From contig OZ243916.1 in NCBI GenBank assembly GCA_965213675.1, positions 1,184,001-1,248,000 on the forward strand: a stretch of 64,000 nt of DNA, given 5' to 3'. Shown here piece after piece: positions 62,464-64,000 of the stretch. Source of the DNA: an uncultured Candidatus Binatia bacterium (GTDB taxonomy: Bacteria > Desulfobacterota > Binatia > UBA9968 > JAJDTQ01). Under the pieces are notes generated by a model. The model searched no databases. It was not told where the DNA came from and saw only the letters and a program-made list of their open reading frames with translations. Each line of letters starts with the position of its first letter. The first letter of the stretch is position 1. A program made the translations under genes and the position numbers.

Positions 62464-63264
62464 CTATCGGGCCTTCCACACCGCCGGGCGCTTCTCGGCA
62501 AAGGCGCGGGACCCCTCTTTCTGGTCCTCGGTGGTGGAAAGCGCCAGGCCCAGCTCGCTCTCGAGCCGGAGGCCCTGCTCCAGCGGAAGCTGCATGCCCT
62601 TGGTGATGGCTTCCTTGATGGCGATGACCGACAGCGGCGCGCCCAGGCAGATCTTGCGGGCGATCTCCCGGGCCGCGTCCATGTAGCTGTCCACCGGCGC
62701 CACCTGGTTCACCAGCCCGATGCGCAGCGCTTCGTGTGCGTCCACCGCCTCTCCGGTGAGGGACAGCTCCAGCGCCTTGGCCATGCCGATGAGGCGCGGC
62801 AAACGCTGGGTGCCGCCGCCGCCCCCGAGCCGGCCGCGGCGCACTTCGAACATGCCCAGCTTGGCGTCCTCCGCGGCCACGCGGATGTCGCAGGCCAGCG
62901 CCAGTTCCAGCCCGCCGCCCACGGCGTAACCGCGGATCGCGGCGATGGTGGGCTTCTCCATGGCGGCCACCCACAGGTTCTGCCCTTGTTGGCCCGCCCG
63001 CTGGCGCGCCCGGCGCTTGTCGAAGAACGTGGAGTCGTCCACCTCCCGCGCCCGCTCTTTGAGGTCAAGCCCCGTCGAGAACGCGCGCTCCCCCGCGCCC
63101 GTGATGATGCACGCCCGCACGTCCGGATCCGCGGACACCCGCGCGCACGCGTCGTGCAACTCATCCCGCGCCTTGTAGCTGATGGCGTTCATGGATTCGG
63201 GGCGGTTGAGGGTGATGGTGGCCACATGGCCGGTCACGTCGTAGAGAATGTTGTCGTAGGTCAT
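62464..63264 (-). CDS. Enoyl-CoA hydratase/isomerase
   Basis: ITLNRPE, AFSTGLDL, KPTIAAI.G.AVGGG.ELALACD, GGTQRLPR. Confidence 0.95.
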   Translation of the reverse strand: MTYDNILYDVTGHVATITLNRPESMNAISYKARDELHDACARVSADPDVRACIITGAGERAFSTGLDLKERAREVDDSTFFDKRRARQRAGQQGQNLWVAAMEKPTIAAIRGYAVGGGLELALACDIRVAAEDAKLGMFEVRRGRLGGGGGTQRLPRLIGMAKALELSLTGEAVDAHEALRIGLVNQVAPVDSYMDAAREIARKICLGAPLSVIAIKEAITKGMQLPLEQGLRLESELGLALSTTEDQKEGSRAFAEKRPAVWKAR

Positions 63265-63351
63265 GGATAGGCTGTTCCCTGGGCGCCCGCCGCTCGCCCC
63301 TGTCCGGATTTGCCAGAGATACGCGAAAGCGCCCTGGATGGCCCCTCGCGC

Positions 63352-63503
63352 GTGGGCGACCGCCGGTCGCCCCTACATGGAACTGTCAAGGTGAAAGCCT
63401 GTCGCGCCTGCCTGATGTTGCGTCTCACCGAAACGTTGACGAGCATGCGCAGCAATTCTGGTTGCCGGCAGGGCGCCCGTGAAGGGGCGACCGGCAGTCG
63501 CCC
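63352..63503. repeat. Two family-B REP-like palindromes
   Basis: GGGCGACCGCCGGTCGCCCCTAC (63354-63376) and GGGGCGACCGGCAGTCGCCC (63484-63503). Confidence 0.65.
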
Positions 63504-63529
63504 GCCGGTACGGGGGCCGATATCCCCCT

Positions 63530-63596
63530 CAACTCCGCCCAAAACCAGCCTCCATTCCCATTCCTCTCGCTACGATTGGATAAAGCCCACAGGCTC
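63530..63596. mobile_element. Right-end remnant of the MITE family
   Basis: CCTCTCGCTACGATT.GATAA..CC.ACAGGCTC matches the right end of copy 1. Confidence 0.65.
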
Positions 63597-64000
63597 CTGA
63601 TCCGTTTTGTCGGACACGGTGATCAGGGCGTCCGCCACGGCCACGCCGTTCCCCTGCGGGCGCACCATCACGGGGTTCATTTCCACGGCGGTGAAGCGCC
63701 CGGCATTTTGGGAAACGAAGTCGCCGAAGCGAACCACGCAGTCCACCAGCGCGTCCACGTCCCGCGGCTTGCCGCCGCGTACGCCGCGAAACAGCGCCGC
63801 GCCGCGCAGCTCCTGGAGCATCTCGCGCACGTCCACGTCGTCCACCGGCGCCAGGCGGAAGGCGGCGTCCTTGAACACCTCGACGTAGACGCCGCCAAGG
63901 CCCAGCATGACCAGCGGACCGAATTGCGCGTCGTGCACCATGCCGACGATGACCTCCAGGCCATCGGCCACCATTTCCTGCACCAACACTCCGTCGATGC
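63570..64000 (-). CDS. Acetate/acyl-CoA ligase (ADP-forming) ATP-grasp C-terminus, partial at the window edge
   Basis: VLVQEM, EVIVG, DAQFGPLVMLGLGG..VEVFKD, EMNP, ADAL. Confidence 0.9.
   Translation of the reverse strand, partial: IDGVLVQEMVADGLEVIVGMVHDAQFGPLVMLGLGGVYVEVFKDAAFRLAPVDDVDVREMLQELRGAALFRGVRGGKPRDVDALVDCVVRFGDFVSQNAGRFTAVEMNPVMVRPQGNGVAVADALITVSDKTDQEPVGFIQS

Overview
GC-rich bacterial window. The gene mix (several amidohydrolases, a Tct transporter, NMT1-like binding proteins, a UGSC selenoprotein, a GrdE-like protein) suggests a Binatia/deltaproteobacterial-type heterotroph, possibly host-associated; this taxonomy is inference only. About 1-26.5 kb and 46-64 kb are catabolic and housekeeping genes (lipA, msrB, ettA, E1 alpha/beta, aldolase plus cupin dioxygenase, acyl-CoA dehydrogenases, thiolase/OB-fold), interspersed with a ~160-bp MITE family and two REP-like palindrome families. 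About 26.6-46 kb is an accessory region, visibly lower in GC from ~31.2 to 46 kb. It holds VapBC (toxin frameshifted), Fic, a decayed hydantoinase locus, a 1917-aa STAND-like NTPase coupled to an RxxxxH-motif protein, a fold-back pair of IS3 left halves, HicAB and an orphan HigA. It also holds an NYN nuclease preceded by a promoter and a structured, terminator-ended RNA leader, and a minimal proteusin (NHLP) RiPP locus with a flavin-dependent halogenase and a CmcJ/NvfI-type oxygenase. No CRISPR array, rRNA or tRNA was recognised by eye.
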